Shown one piece after another: positions 13,485-23,981 of a DNA stretch of 64,000 nt; the first letter of the stretch is position 1; every line of letters begins with the position of its first letter. The stretch comes from an uncultured Candidatus Rokubacteria bacterium. Its GTDB lineage: Bacteria; Methylomirabilota; Methylomirabilia; Rokubacteriales; CSP1-6. A program made the translations under genes and the position numbers. Below the pieces are notes generated by a model. It ran no database searches and was not told the origin of the DNA. It worked only from the letters and a program-made list of their open reading frames with translations. The stretch covers positions 128,001 to 192,000 of the forward strand of contig CAVWWD010000008.1 in assembly GCA_963758635.1 (NCBI GenBank). The letters are read 5' to 3'.

Positions 13485-14115
13485 ATGACACCGGCCCTGC
13501 CGGAGCCCTTGCCCGAGAGCCCGCTGCCGCTGGTCGCCGAGTGGCTGGCGGCGGCGAACGCCTCGGTGCGGAACGGGTCGTCGATGGCGCTCGCCACCGT
13601 CGATCCCGACGGCCGCCCGGCGGTGCGCATGGTGATCTCGCGCGGCTTCGACGCCGAGGCGGGCTGGGTCGTGTTCTACAGCGACCGCGGCAGCCGCAAG
13701 GGCCTGGCCCTCGACAAGCTGCCCCGCGCGGCCGTGGTGTTCTACTGGGAGCCGCTCTGCGCGGCAGATCCGCATCGAGGGGCCGGTCACGGTGGCACCC
13801 GACGCCGATGCCGATCGCTACTGGAACACGCGCCCCCGCGACGCGCGCATCGCCGCCATCGCCACCGACCAGAGCCGGCCCATCCCCTCACGCGAGGCGC
13901 TGCTCGCCCGGGTCGCCGCCGAGGACTCCCGGCACGGCCCCGAGCCGCCGCGGCCCGCCCGCTGGATCGGCTATCGCGTGTGGGCCGAGCAGGTGGAGCT
14001 CTGGGTCAGCCAGCCGGCCCGCATCCACGACCGCGCGGTGTGGACCCGCGCGCTCACCCCCGCTGGAGACGGGTTCGCCGGCGGCCCTTGGAGCGCCACC
14101 CGGCTCGAACCCTGA
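13485..14115 (+). CDS. pdxH: Pyridoxamine 5'-phosphate oxidase (frameshift ~13760)
   Basis: MALATVDPDGRPAVRMV, SRKG, ELWVSQPARIHDR, WSATRLEP. Confidence 0.85.
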
Positions 14116-14177
14116 CCCGCGATCGGCCAGAACCACGACAGTTTGAGCCGTGTCGATGAGTCGAGTACGCTCCGATC

Positions 14178-14411
14178 ATGCGTAAGCGCTTGCAGGTCCG
14201 GCTCGACGAGCGCGATCTCCGTGAGATCAAGCGGCTCGCACGCGAGCAGAACATGACCGTCGCCGAATGGGTCCGTCAGGCCCTCGGCGCGGCGGCGCGA
14301 CGCGAGCCCACGCGGCTCCATGGCCGACGAAGCTCGCCGCAGTGCGTGCTGCGGCGCGCCACAGCTTTCCCACCGGCCCGATCGATCAGATGCTCAAGGA
14401 GATCGAGCGCC

Positions 14412-14419
<8 letters not shown>
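14178..14419 (+). CDS. Ribbon-helix-helix antitoxin-like protein, orphan (frameshift ~14320)
   Basis: MRKRLQVRLDE...MTVAEWVRQAL, then KLAAVRAAARHSFPTGPIDQMLKEIER in a shifted frame; no toxin follows. Confidence 0.6.
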
Positions 14420-15403
<984 letters not shown>

Positions 15404-15404
<1 letters not shown>

Positions 15405-16432
15405 CAGGCGCCGTTCCTTCCGGGCGACGGACCCTCACCCCGGCCCTCTCCCTGGGAGGGAGAGGGAGCGTGGAGCCAGCAGCGGGTGGCGTGGCCGGGC
15501 GACACGGCCGTCTCGGGCGGCGCCTCGGCGCGGCAGCGGTCCATGGCCTGGGGGCAGCGCGGCGCGAAGGCGCAGCCGCCCCCGAGCGTGGCCAGGTCGG
15601 GCGGCTGGCCGGCGATGGCGGTGAGGCGGATCCGGGACGCGCCGAGCCGCGGCACCGACTCCAGCAGCGCCTGCGTGTAGGGGTGCGCGGGCGCGCCGAA
15701 GATCGTCCGCACCGGTCCCGACTCCACGATGCGGCCCGCGTACATCACGGCGACGCGGTCGCACATGCGCGCCACGATCCCCAGGTTGTGGGTGACGAAG
15801 ATCATGGCGAGGCGATGCCGCGACTGGATCTCCTTGAGCAGGCGCAGGTACTGGGCCTGGATGGTCAGGTCGAGGCTCGTGGTGGGCTCGTCGGCGATGA
15901 GCAGGCGCGGCGGCGCGGCGATGGCCATGGCGCCGACCACGCGCTGGCGCATGCCCCCCGACATCTGGTGCGGATACGTGCGCAGGCGCTCGGCGGGCGA
16001 GGGGATGCCGACGGAGGCGAGGAGCCCCGCCGCGCGCTCGGCGAGCGGCCGCCCGCGCAGCCGGTGGTACTTGGCGAGCGGCTCGCGCACCTGCATGCCG
16101 ATCGAGAACACCGGGTTCAGCGAGCTCATCGGGTCCTGCAGGATCATCGAGACCTTGCGCCCGCGGATGTCCTCCATCTGGCGCGGCGTCTTCGCCACGA
16201 GGTCCTCGCCGTCCAGCAGCACCGCGCCGCCGGCGTGGCGCGCGGCGGGCCGCGGGGCCAGACGCAGGATGGACAGGCAGGTCATGCTCTTGCCCGAGCC
16301 GGACTCGCCCACGAGCCCGAGCGTCTCGCCCTCGTCGAGGGCGAACGACACGCCGTCCACGGCGCGGATCGTGCCCCAGCGGGTCACGAGGTGGGTGCTG
16401 AGGTCGCGGACCTCGAGGACGGGCGTGGCCAC
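15404..16432 (-). CDS. Oligopeptide ABC ATP-binding protein (DppD/OppD-like)
   Basis: GESGSGKS, MSGGMRQR, ADEPTT, CAFAPRC. Confidence 0.93.
15432..15466. repeat. REP-like element (CCCTCACCCCGGCCCTCTCCC-N5-GGGAGAGGG) inside the ATPase 3' end
   Basis: Hairpin ccctctccc/gggagaggg preceded by ccctcacccc; read in frame as PSPSQGEGRGEG. Confidence 0.65.
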
Positions 16433-16516
16433 GCGGCTCAGGGCGGACTATGCATGAACAGGTTCACCGGGCGCACACGCTGTTCAAGGTCCGTCTCCGT
16501 TCGCGATGATGCGGGC

Positions 16517-17408
16517 CTACAGCTGGCGGAGCTTCGGGTCGAGGGTGTCGCGCAGCCAGTCGCCGAGCAGGTTGAACGCCAGCACGACGAGCAGGATGGC
16601 GAGCCCGGGGAGCGCGGAGGCCCACCACGCGCTGGTGATGAAGTCGCGCGACTCCGCGATCATCGAGCCCCACGCCGGGGTGGGGGGCGGGATGCCCGCG
16701 CCCAGGAACGAGAGCGACGCCTCCAGGATGATCACGTAGCCGACCTGCAGCGTGACGAGCACCACCAGCGTGTTGAGCGTGTTCGGGAACAGGTGCCGGG
16801 TCACGATGCGCCACGCCCCCGCGCCGGCGATGCGCGCCTGCGCGATGAAGTCGAGCTCCATCAGCGTGAGCACCTGGCCGCGGATCACCCGCGCGTAGCG
16901 CGCCCACAGGATCACCGCGATGGCGAGGACCACGTTGGTGAAGCTGGGCCCCACCGTCACGGCCAGGATCAGCGCGAGGAGGATCACCGGGAACGACATC
17001 GTGGCGTCGGTGATCCGCATCAGCGCGGCGTCCACGCGGCCGCGGTAGTAGCCGGCGACGAGGCCGATGGCCGCCCCGAACGCGCTGGCGAGGAGCACGG
17101 TCACGACGCCCGCGGCCAGCGACACGCGCGCGCCGTGGAGGATGCGCGAGAGCAGGTCGCGCCCGAGGCGGTCGGTGCCGAGCGGATGCGCCCAGCTCCC
17201 GCCCTCCATCCAGACCGGCGGGCGGAAGCGCAGGCGGAGGGTCTGCTCGTAGGGGTCGGCGGGGGAGAGGAGCGGCGCGAACACCGCGGCGACCACGAAC
17301 GCGGCGATGATGGCCGAGCGACACCACGGGCAGCCGGCGGCGCCGCCGGGCCGCGGGCGCGGCGGGGAGCGCGTCGACGAGGACGCCCGGCGCGGGCTCA
17401 ACCGCCAT
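16517..17408 (-). CDS. ABC transporter permease (DppC-like; frameshift ~17320)
   Basis: HPLGTDRLGRD, EASLSFLGAG. Confidence 0.9.
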
Positions 17409-18318
17409 AGCGGATCCGCGGGTCGATGACCGCGTAGAGGCAGTCCACGCCGAGGTTGACGACGGCCACGATGGCCGCGGTCATGAGCACCACCGCCTGG
17501 ATCACCGGGAAGTCCCGCGAGGTGATGGCCTCGTAGGCGAGGCGGCCCATCCCCGGCCAGGCGAAGACCGTCTCGACCACGATGGCGGTGGTGACGAGGA
17601 TCGAGAAGTAGATGCCGGCGAACGTGACCACGGGGATGAGCGCGTTCTTGAGCGCGTGCTGCCAGATGACCCAGCGCTCGGACACGCCCTTCACGCGCGC
17701 CAGCTTCACGTACTCGGAGTCCAGCACCTCGAGCATGCCCGAGCGCAGGAGCCGCATCATGCCCGCCACCACGAACCACCCGAGCGTGAAGCCGGGCAGC
17801 ACGTAGCTGGCGAGCCCGTCCATTCCCGCCGCGGGGAGCCATTGCAGCCGCCCGGCCACCACCTCCACGAGCACGATGGCGACCCAGAACGTGGGCAGCG
17901 ACTGGCCCAGCACGGCCACGACCTGGGCGGCGCGGTCGATGGCCGTGTCCTTGTGCACGGCGGCGAGCACGCCCAGCGGGAACGCGAACAGGATCGTGAC
18001 GCCCATGGCGAAGCAGGCGAGCTTGAGCGAGGCGGGGAGGCGATCGCGCAGCAGCTCGTTCACGGGCTTGCGCGCGCGGATCGAGGTGCCGAAGTCCCCG
18101 ACGAGGATCCGGCCCACGAAGGCGAGGTACTGCTCGTGATAGGGCCGGTCCAGTCCCAGGTAGCGGCGCGCGTTGTCGTAGTCCTCCGCGGTGGCCGACA
18201 TGGGCAGGATGAGGTGCAGGGGATCCCCGGTGAAGCGCGCGAGCACGAAGACCACGACGGACAGGATCGCCAGCGCGATCAGCGACTGCAGGAAGCGCGT
18301 GAGGACGAACCGGATCAT
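17398..18318 (-). CDS. ABC transporter permease (DppB-like)
   Basis: EYVKLARVKGV, VETVFAWPGMG. Confidence 0.92.
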   Translation of the reverse strand: MIRFVLTRFLQSLIALAILSVVVFVLARFTGDPLHLILPMSATAEDYDNARRYLGLDRPYHEQYLAFVGRILVGDFGTSIRARKPVNELLRDRLPASLKLACFAMGVTILFAFPLGVLAAVHKDTAIDRAAQVVAVLGQSLPTFWVAIVLVEVVAGRLQWLPAAGMDGLASYVLPGFTLGWFVVAGMMRLLRSGMLEVLDSEYVKLARVKGVSERWVIWQHALKNALIPVVTFAGIYFSILVTTAIVVETVFAWPGMGRLAYEAITSRDFPVIQAVVLMTAAIVAVVNLGVDCLYAVIDPRIRYGG

Positions 18319-18370
18319 GGCACCCGGCGGGGGGAGCGCCCGCTCCCCCCGCCGCGCCGGACAGCGCCCA

Positions 18371-19945
18371 CTACTTGGAGGATGCCAGCTGGTCCACGAA
18401 GAGGTCGTACATCACGGTGCCGGGGTTCCACTTGCCGAGCGTCTTCGAGGTCGCGTACGCGGAGTGCAGGTACACGACGGGCACGCCGTAGTGCTCGCTG
18501 CGCAGGCGCTGGAAGATGTTGCGCATGAGCGCGTTGATCTTCTCGCGGTCGGTCTGCTTGGTGACCTGGGAGATCATCGCGTCGATCTCGGGGTCGTTCA
18601 CGGTGTCGTTGAGCTTGGACGGCCCGTACGCCTGCTTCTCCAGCAGCGCGTAGGTGCCGATCCAGTCACGGTTGGCGATGTTGTAGTAGCCCACCGAGCC
18701 CGGGGCCTTCCTGTCCACCCACAGCTTGCGGAACGCCGGGTAGTCCACCGGGATCAGCTTGGTCTGCACGCCGACCTTCTGCCAGTACCCCGACACCGCC
18801 TCCGCGAAGGCCTTGCCCTCCGGAAGCCCCGGCAGCTGGAACGCGTACACGTCCATGGAGAAGCCGTTCGGGTGGCCGGCGTCGGCGAGGAGCTTCTTGG
18901 CCCGCGCCGGGTCGTACGCGTACATCATGTCCGGCGTCACCTTGAAGCCGATGTCCTTGAACGACCACGACAACCCCATCGGGATCGCCGCCGGGTCCGC
19001 CTTGCCCGCGAAGATCGACTGGGCGATCTCGTTCCGGTCGATGGCGACGTTCAGGGCCTCGCGGACGCGCTTGTCCTTGACCGGCGGCACCCACCCGTCC
19101 GGCCCGAACACGAACCACATGTGCAGGATGGCCTCGTCGCGCCGGAAGTGGACGGGGAAGCCCTCCTTGCCGAGCTCGCCCACGCGCTCGCGGCTCACGT
19201 CGGCGATGTCCACCTCGCCGCGCCGGAGCAGCGCGATGCGGGTGGTCTCCTCGGGGACGAGGCGGAAGTGCATCGTCTTGTACTTCGGGGTGCCGAGCCG
19301 CCAGTGCGATGGCATGGCCTCGAGCTTGATGTGCGAGCCGGTCACGTGCTCCACGAACTTGTAGGGGCCGCTGCCCACCGGCTTCCTCGCGAACACGTCG
19401 TCGCCCACCGACTCGATGTACTTCTTGGGCAGGACCATGCCCTCGGTGGAGAGGACGCGGGAGAGGTACGTCGGGATGATGAGCGTCGACTCCTTGGTGA
19501 CGATGACCACCCGGTCGGGCGCCGGCGTCTCGATGTCCTGCACGAGCGTGCGCAGGGGGCCGGCGTAGCCGGTGGTGGACCGCTTGCCCATCGCGCGCTG
19601 CAGGCTGAACTTCACGTCCTCGGACGTGACGTCGTCGCCGTTGTGGAACTTGACCCCCTTGCGGAGCGTGAACGTCCAGCGCTTGTGGTCGGCCGAGGCC
19701 TCCCACTTGTTGGCGAGGCCGCCGTCCCGCGACAGCGTGCCGTCGGGGGTCACGCCCACGAGGTAGTCGAACATCATCGAGAGGTAGTACTTGACGATGT
19801 GCCCGCCCACCACCGGGTCCAGCACCTCGGTGGAGAAGCTCGACAGCGCGACGGTGAGCTCACCGGGCGCCTTCTGGGCCCACGCGGGCGTCCAGAAGGA
19901 GAGGCAGAGGACGAGCGCCAGGGCGATGCGGGCCGGAGCGGTCAT
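18371..19945 (-). CDS. Family-5 ABC substrate-binding protein
   Basis: Signal peptide; LRKGVKFHNGDDVTSEDVKFS, PVGSGPYKF. Confidence 0.92.
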   Translation of the reverse strand: MTAPARIALALVLCLSFWTPAWAQKAPGELTVALSSFSTEVLDPVVGGHIVKYYLSMMFDYLVGVTPDGTLSRDGGLANKWEASADHKRWTFTLRKGVKFHNGDDVTSEDVKFSLQRAMGKRSTTGYAGPLRTLVQDIETPAPDRVVIVTKESTLIIPTYLSRVLSTEGMVLPKKYIESVGDDVFARKPVGSGPYKFVEHVTGSHIKLEAMPSHWRLGTPKYKTMHFRLVPEETTRIALLRRGEVDIADVSRERVGELGKEGFPVHFRRDEAILHMWFVFGPDGWVPPVKDKRVREALNVAIDRNEIAQSIFAGKADPAAIPMGLSWSFKDIGFKVTPDMMYAYDPARAKKLLADAGHPNGFSMDVYAFQLPGLPEGKAFAEAVSGYWQKVGVQTKLIPVDYPAFRKLWVDRKAPGSVGYYNIANRDWIGTYALLEKQAYGPSKLNDTVNDPEIDAMISQVTKQTDREKINALMRNIFQRLRSEHYGVPVVYLHSAYATSKTLGKWNPGTVMYDLFVDQLASSK

Positions 19946-20110
19946 GGGTCACTCCTTCACGAAGCGTGGGATGGCGGCCCCGGGTGCGGGCCGGCGGCGA
20001 CGCCCCACAAGGTAGCCCGGATGGGTCGCGCTTGACAACTCCGGCGGCGCCGGGCGCCGCTTGACAGCGCGCCCCGATCGGGGTGGAGTGCCACGCGAGG
20101 ACATCGCCAC

Positions 20111-20917
20111 ATGCCGTCGACCTTCCCCGCCCACGACGCGGGAGCCTACGAGCGACTGATGGGACGGTGGAGCCGTCGCCTGGCGCCGCTGTTCGTCGAG
20201 CACGCGGGCACCGCGCCGGGCGACCAGCTGCTCGAGGTGGGCTGCGGCACGGGCAGCCTGACCTTCTCGCTCGCCGAGACGGCGCCCTTCGCCGAGCTGA
20301 CCGCCGTGGACTTCGCGGACGTGTACGTGAACGCGGCCCGCGCCATGAACCGCGATCCCCGCGTCCGGATCGAGCAGGGCGACGCCACCGCGCTCGGCTT
20401 CGCGGACGCGCGCTTCGACCGGACGCTGTCCCTCCTCCTGCTGCACCTCGTGCCCAGCCCGGACCGGGCGGTGGCGGAGATGCGCCGGGTCACCCGCCCG
20501 GGTGGCGTGGTCGCCGCCGCCGTCTGGGACGCCGAGGGCGGTGTCGTCGCGCAGCGTATCTTCTGGGACACCGCCGCCGCGCTGGACGCCGCCGCGAGGC
20601 CGCTCCGGGCGCGGTCGATGGGCAACCCCGTCGTCGCCGCCGGCGGGCTCCGCCGCCTCTTCGTCGCGGCGGGGCTCGAGGAGGTCGACGAGCGCACGCT
20701 CGTCATCCGGATGGAGCCGCAGACCTTCGACGACTACTGGGAGCCGTATGCCAGCGGCGAGGGGCCCATCGGCGCCTACGTCGCGGGCCTGGACGCCCCC
20801 GCGCGCGCGAGGCTCGAGGAGTGCTTGCGGGCCGCCTACCTCGCGGGCCGTCCCGACGGGCCGCGCTCGTTCGCCGCGCTCGCCTGGTCGTGCCGCGGCG
20901 TCGTGCCGCGTGCCTGA
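20111..20917 (+). CDS. Class I SAM-dependent methyltransferase
   Basis: LLEVGCGTG motif I, GDATAL, EMRRVTRPGG. Confidence 0.9.
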   Translation: MPSTFPAHDAGAYERLMGRWSRRLAPLFVEHAGTAPGDQLLEVGCGTGSLTFSLAETAPFAELTAVDFADVYVNAARAMNRDPRVRIEQGDATALGFADARFDRTLSLLLLHLVPSPDRAVAEMRRVTRPGGVVAAAVWDAEGGVVAQRIFWDTAAALDAAARPLRARSMGNPVVAAGGLRRLFVAAGLEEVDERTLVIRMEPQTFDDYWEPYASGEGPIGAYVAGLDAPARARLEECLRAAYLAGRPDGPRSFAALAWSCRGVVPRA

Positions 20918-22883
20918 GTCATTGACGGACGGGAGTGCGGGATTCGTCGAGCTCACCCGGGCCGAGCTCGAGGGCTCCGTGCCCGCGCTGTTCGAGCGCA
21001 TCGCCGCGCGCGCGCCCGACGCGCCCGCGATTGTCTGGCCCGAGGGGGAGCTGACCTACGGCGCCCTGAACGCCGCCGCCAACCGTCTCGCCCGCGCGAT
21101 CCTCGGCCGCCGCGGCCCGGCGAGCGCGCCGGTGGTGGTGCTCGTCGACCACGACGCGTCGGCGGTGGTCTCGATCCTCGCCGCGCTCAAGGCGGGCAAG
21201 GTCTACCTGGCCCTCGAGGCCAGCCATCCCGTGGCGCGGCTCCGCGCGATCGTGGACGACGCCGGCGCCGACCTCGTGGTGGCGGCGGCGCGGCGCCTCG
21301 AGGTCGCCCGGGCGCTCACCGCCGCCCCCGACGGCGCGCTCGACGCCGACGCCGTCGACTCCGCGGCGGACGGCGGCGATCCCGCCGTGCCGCTCGACGG
21401 CCGCGCGGCCGCGTTCCTCGGCTACACGTCGGGCTCCACGGGGACGCCGAAGGGCGTGCTCTGGGACCACCGCGGGATCCTTCACCGGGTGAGGGAGCAC
21501 GTGAACGCCTTCCGCCTGGGGCCGGGAGACCGGCTGAGCCTGGTGCATCGTCCGAGCGTGTCCGCGTCGTTCCGTCACATGTGGGGCGCGCTCCTGAGCG
21601 GCGCCACGCTCATGCCGTACGACCTGCAGGCCGAGGGGCTCGAGGGCTTCGGCCGCTGGCTGGCGGCGTCCGGCATCACGCATTGTCACGTCGCCGCGTC
21701 GCGTGTTCCGGCATTTCGCCGGGGCGCTGCCGCCCGGCGAGAACCTGCCCGATCTGCGCCTCGTGTGGGTCGGCAACGAGCCGGTGCTCCGGAGCGACGC
21801 CGTCCTCTTCCGCGGGCGCTTCTCACCGCGATGCCGGTTCGTGAACGGTTACGCCCTCACCGAGGCCGGCACCGTGCGGGCCTTCGTCGTGGACGCGGAC
21901 ACGCCGCTTCGCGGCGACCTGCTGCCGATCGGCTACCCGCTGGCCGACAAGGAGGTGCTGCTCCTCGACGAGGACCGGCGCCCGGTGGCGGATCGGCGAC
22001 ACGGGGGAGATCGCGATCCGGAGCGAGTTTCTCGCCCTCGGCTACTGGCGCCGGCCGGACCTGGACCGCCAGGCGTTCCTGCCCGATCCCGCGGGCGGCC
22101 GGGCGCGCATCTACCTGTCCGGAGACCTCGGCCGGCTGCGAGGCCGACGGCTGCCTCACGCTCCTCGGCAGGAAGGACGCGCAGCCCAAGCTGAGGGGCC
22201 GCTTCGTGGACCCGCTCGAGGTGGAGCGGCGGCTCCTCGAGCATCCGGGGCTGGCCGGCGCCGCGGTGGCGGTGCGGGAGGACCGCCCGGGGGACCAGCG
22301 GCTCGTCGCCTACGTGGTGGCGGCCCCGGGCGCGGCGCCGACCGTCCGGGAGCTGCGCGCCTTCGCGCTGGAGCGTCTGCCCGAGCACCTGGTGCCGTCG
22401 CTCTGGGTGACGCTCCCCGCGCTGCCGCGGTCGGGCACCGGCAAGGTGGCCCGGCAGAGCCTGCCCGCGCCCGGACGCCGGCGGCCCGACCTGGAGACCG
22501 CGCTGGTCGCCCCGCGCAGCCCCATCGAGCGGGAGCTGTCGCGGATCTGGGCCGATGCCCTCGGTCTCGACGAGATCGGGATCCACGACGATTTCCTCGA
22601 GCTCGGCGGACACTCGCTGCTGGCCGCCAGCCTGGTGGCCCGCGTCCGCGAGGCGTTCGGGGTGGACCTGCCCGCCGCGGCCCTGCTCGAGGCGCCCCGC
22701 GTGTCGGGCATGGCCACGGTGATCGTCGAGCACCTCCTGCGCACGCTCCCGCCCGGAGCGGGCGAGCGCCTGCTCGACGGCCTCGAAGCGCCGGAGGCGC
22801 GGCCTCCGCGCCGCTCAGCCCGCGGCGGCCACCGACGCGCCGGCGCCGGACGCGAGGTAGTCCCACAGCCTACACGCTGCTGA
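20910..22883 (+). CDS. Second stand-alone NRPS-like A-T protein (frameshifts ~21700, ~22000, ~22140)
   Basis: YTSGSTGTPKG, GRKDAQPKLRG, TGKVAR, GGHSLLA; middle part in ORF 21703..22194; paralogue of 3582..5480. Confidence 0.85.
   Translation: MPESLTDGSAGFVELTRAELEGSVPALFERIAARAPDAPAIVWPEGELTYGALNAAANRLARAILGRRGPASAPVVVLVDHDASAVVSILAALKAGKVYLALEASHPVARLRAIVDDAGADLVVAAARRLEVARALTAAPDGALDADAVDSAADGGDPAVPLDGRAAAFLGYTSGSTGTPKGVLWDHRGILHRVREHVNAFRLGPGDRLSLVHRPSVSASFRHMWGALLSGATLMPYDLQAEGLEGFGRWLAASGITHCHVAASRVPAFRRGAAARREPARSAPRVGRQRAGAPERRRPLPRALLTAMPVRERLRPHRGRHRAGLRRGRGHAASRRPAADRLPAGRQGGAAPRRGPAPGGGSATRGRSRSGASFSPSATGAGRTWTARRSCPIPRAAGRASTCPETSAGCEADGCLTLLGRKDAQPKLRGRFVDPLEVERRLLEHPGLAGAAVAVREDRPGDQRLVAYVVAAPGAAPTVRELRAFALERLPEHLVPSLWVTLPALPRSGTGKVARQSLPAPGRRRPDLETALVAPRSPIERELSRIWADALGLDEIGIHDDFLELGGHSLLAASLVARVREAFGVDLPAAALLEAPRVSGMATVIVEHLLRTLPPGAGERLLDGLEAPEARPPRRSARGGHRRAGAGREVVPQPTRC
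22742..22870 (+). repeat. Direct repeat, copy 1 (3' end of A-T gene plus 3' end of hydrolase gene)
   Basis: cacgctcccgcccgg...cgagcgcctgctcgacggcctcgaagcg...ggccaccgacgcgccggcgccggacg.gaggtagtcccacagcc recurs at 23856-23981. Confidence 0.85.
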
Positions 22884-23130
22884 TCGACGGCGCGACGAGC
22901 CCGAGCCCCTCACGCAGCTCCGGTTCACGACCACGCGGCCTCCGCGGTCAATGTCAGGGCGGCCCGGACGTTCCCGCGGGAACGTCCCCGTCGGCTACCG
23001 CCGCGGTAAGGTCACCCAGACCGACGTCACCGACCCCGCGGCACCGTCCGCCGCGTCACCTTCAGCGCCACCAGCTACCCACTCAGCGATACCCGCGCCC
23101 ACGGCCTATCCCATCTCCACGCTCGCGCCG

Positions 23131-23514
23131 TTACCAGCCCCGGTCTACCGCCACGTCGGGCATCGGATAGTGCTTGAGGTTCTGCGTGTAGATCTTGCCG
23201 CCGGTGGCTGCCACGGTCGCCGCCAGGATGGCGTCGTTGATGTCGAGGCCGTGGGCGGGGTGCCACCGCCGGTACACCTCGGCCGCGTCGTCCACGATCG
23301 CCTGGGTCACCGGCTCGGTCTTGAAGCGTGAGAGGAAGGACATCGTCGCCGGCGCCTCGCCGGGACGCATGAAGAACACGATCTCCGCGCGTTGGAGGGC
23401 ACCCGTCCACAGCTCCATGCCCGATTCACGGGAGAGCGCGCGAAGGAGGGCGGCCGCCCGACGCTCTCCCCGCAGGTGCCAGATCAGGATGTCGCTGTCG
23501 ACGTAGGCGCGCAT
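23131..23514 (-). CDS. vapC: PIN-domain toxin (VapC family)
   Basis: AYVDSDILIWHLRG...DINDAILAAT...YTQNLKHYP. Confidence 0.88.
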   Translation of the reverse strand: MRAYVDSDILIWHLRGERRAAALLRALSRESGMELWTGALQRAEIVFFMRPGEAPATMSFLSRFKTEPVTQAIVDDAAEVYRRWHPAHGLDINDAILAATVAATGGKIYTQNLKHYPMPDVAVDRGW

Positions 23515-23777
23515 CAACGGCCCCGGTGGCGACGCTGGAACGACCGCCGGAACTCCCTCCGCGCGCGCGCGATGATGGCGGGGGCGCTCTCGCGGCGGCG
23601 CCAGGCCCCGAGCGTCTCCGCCCAGACGTCGGCGTCTCCCGTCGTCCCGGACTGGTCGGCGCGAAGCCTGATGGCCTCCTCAAGGAACCGACGCTTGGTG
23701 ACACCCAGGCGGCGGGTGACCCGGTTCAGCTCATCAAGGACGGCCTCGTCCAGCCTGGTCGAGAAGATCTTGTCCAT
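23514..23777 (-). CDS. RHH-type antitoxin (VapB-like)
   Basis: KIFSTRLDEAVLDEL...KRRFLEEAIR; translationally coupled to the PIN gene; cttacgtaag palindrome upstream. Confidence 0.75.
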   Translation of the reverse strand: MDKIFSTRLDEAVLDELNRVTRRLGVTKRRFLEEAIRLRADQSGTTGDADVWAETLGAWRRRESAPAIIARARREFRRSFQRRHRGR

Positions 23778-23855
23778 GCCTCGCGCCTCCTTCTTACGTA
23801 AGCAATCTTACGAAAACAGGCGGTCCGGGTCAAAGGGAGTCGGGTATCTCCCGCA

Positions 23856-23981
23856 CACGCTCCCGCCCGGGGGGGCGAGCGCCTGCTCGACGGCCTCGAA
23901 GCGCGGGAGGAGACCGGGGATCCGCTCAGCCGGCCGCGGCCACCGACGCGCCGGCGCCGGACGTGAGGTAGTCCCACAGCC
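23856..23981 (+). repeat. Direct repeat, copy 2
   Basis: Near-identical to 22742-22870. Confidence 0.85.
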
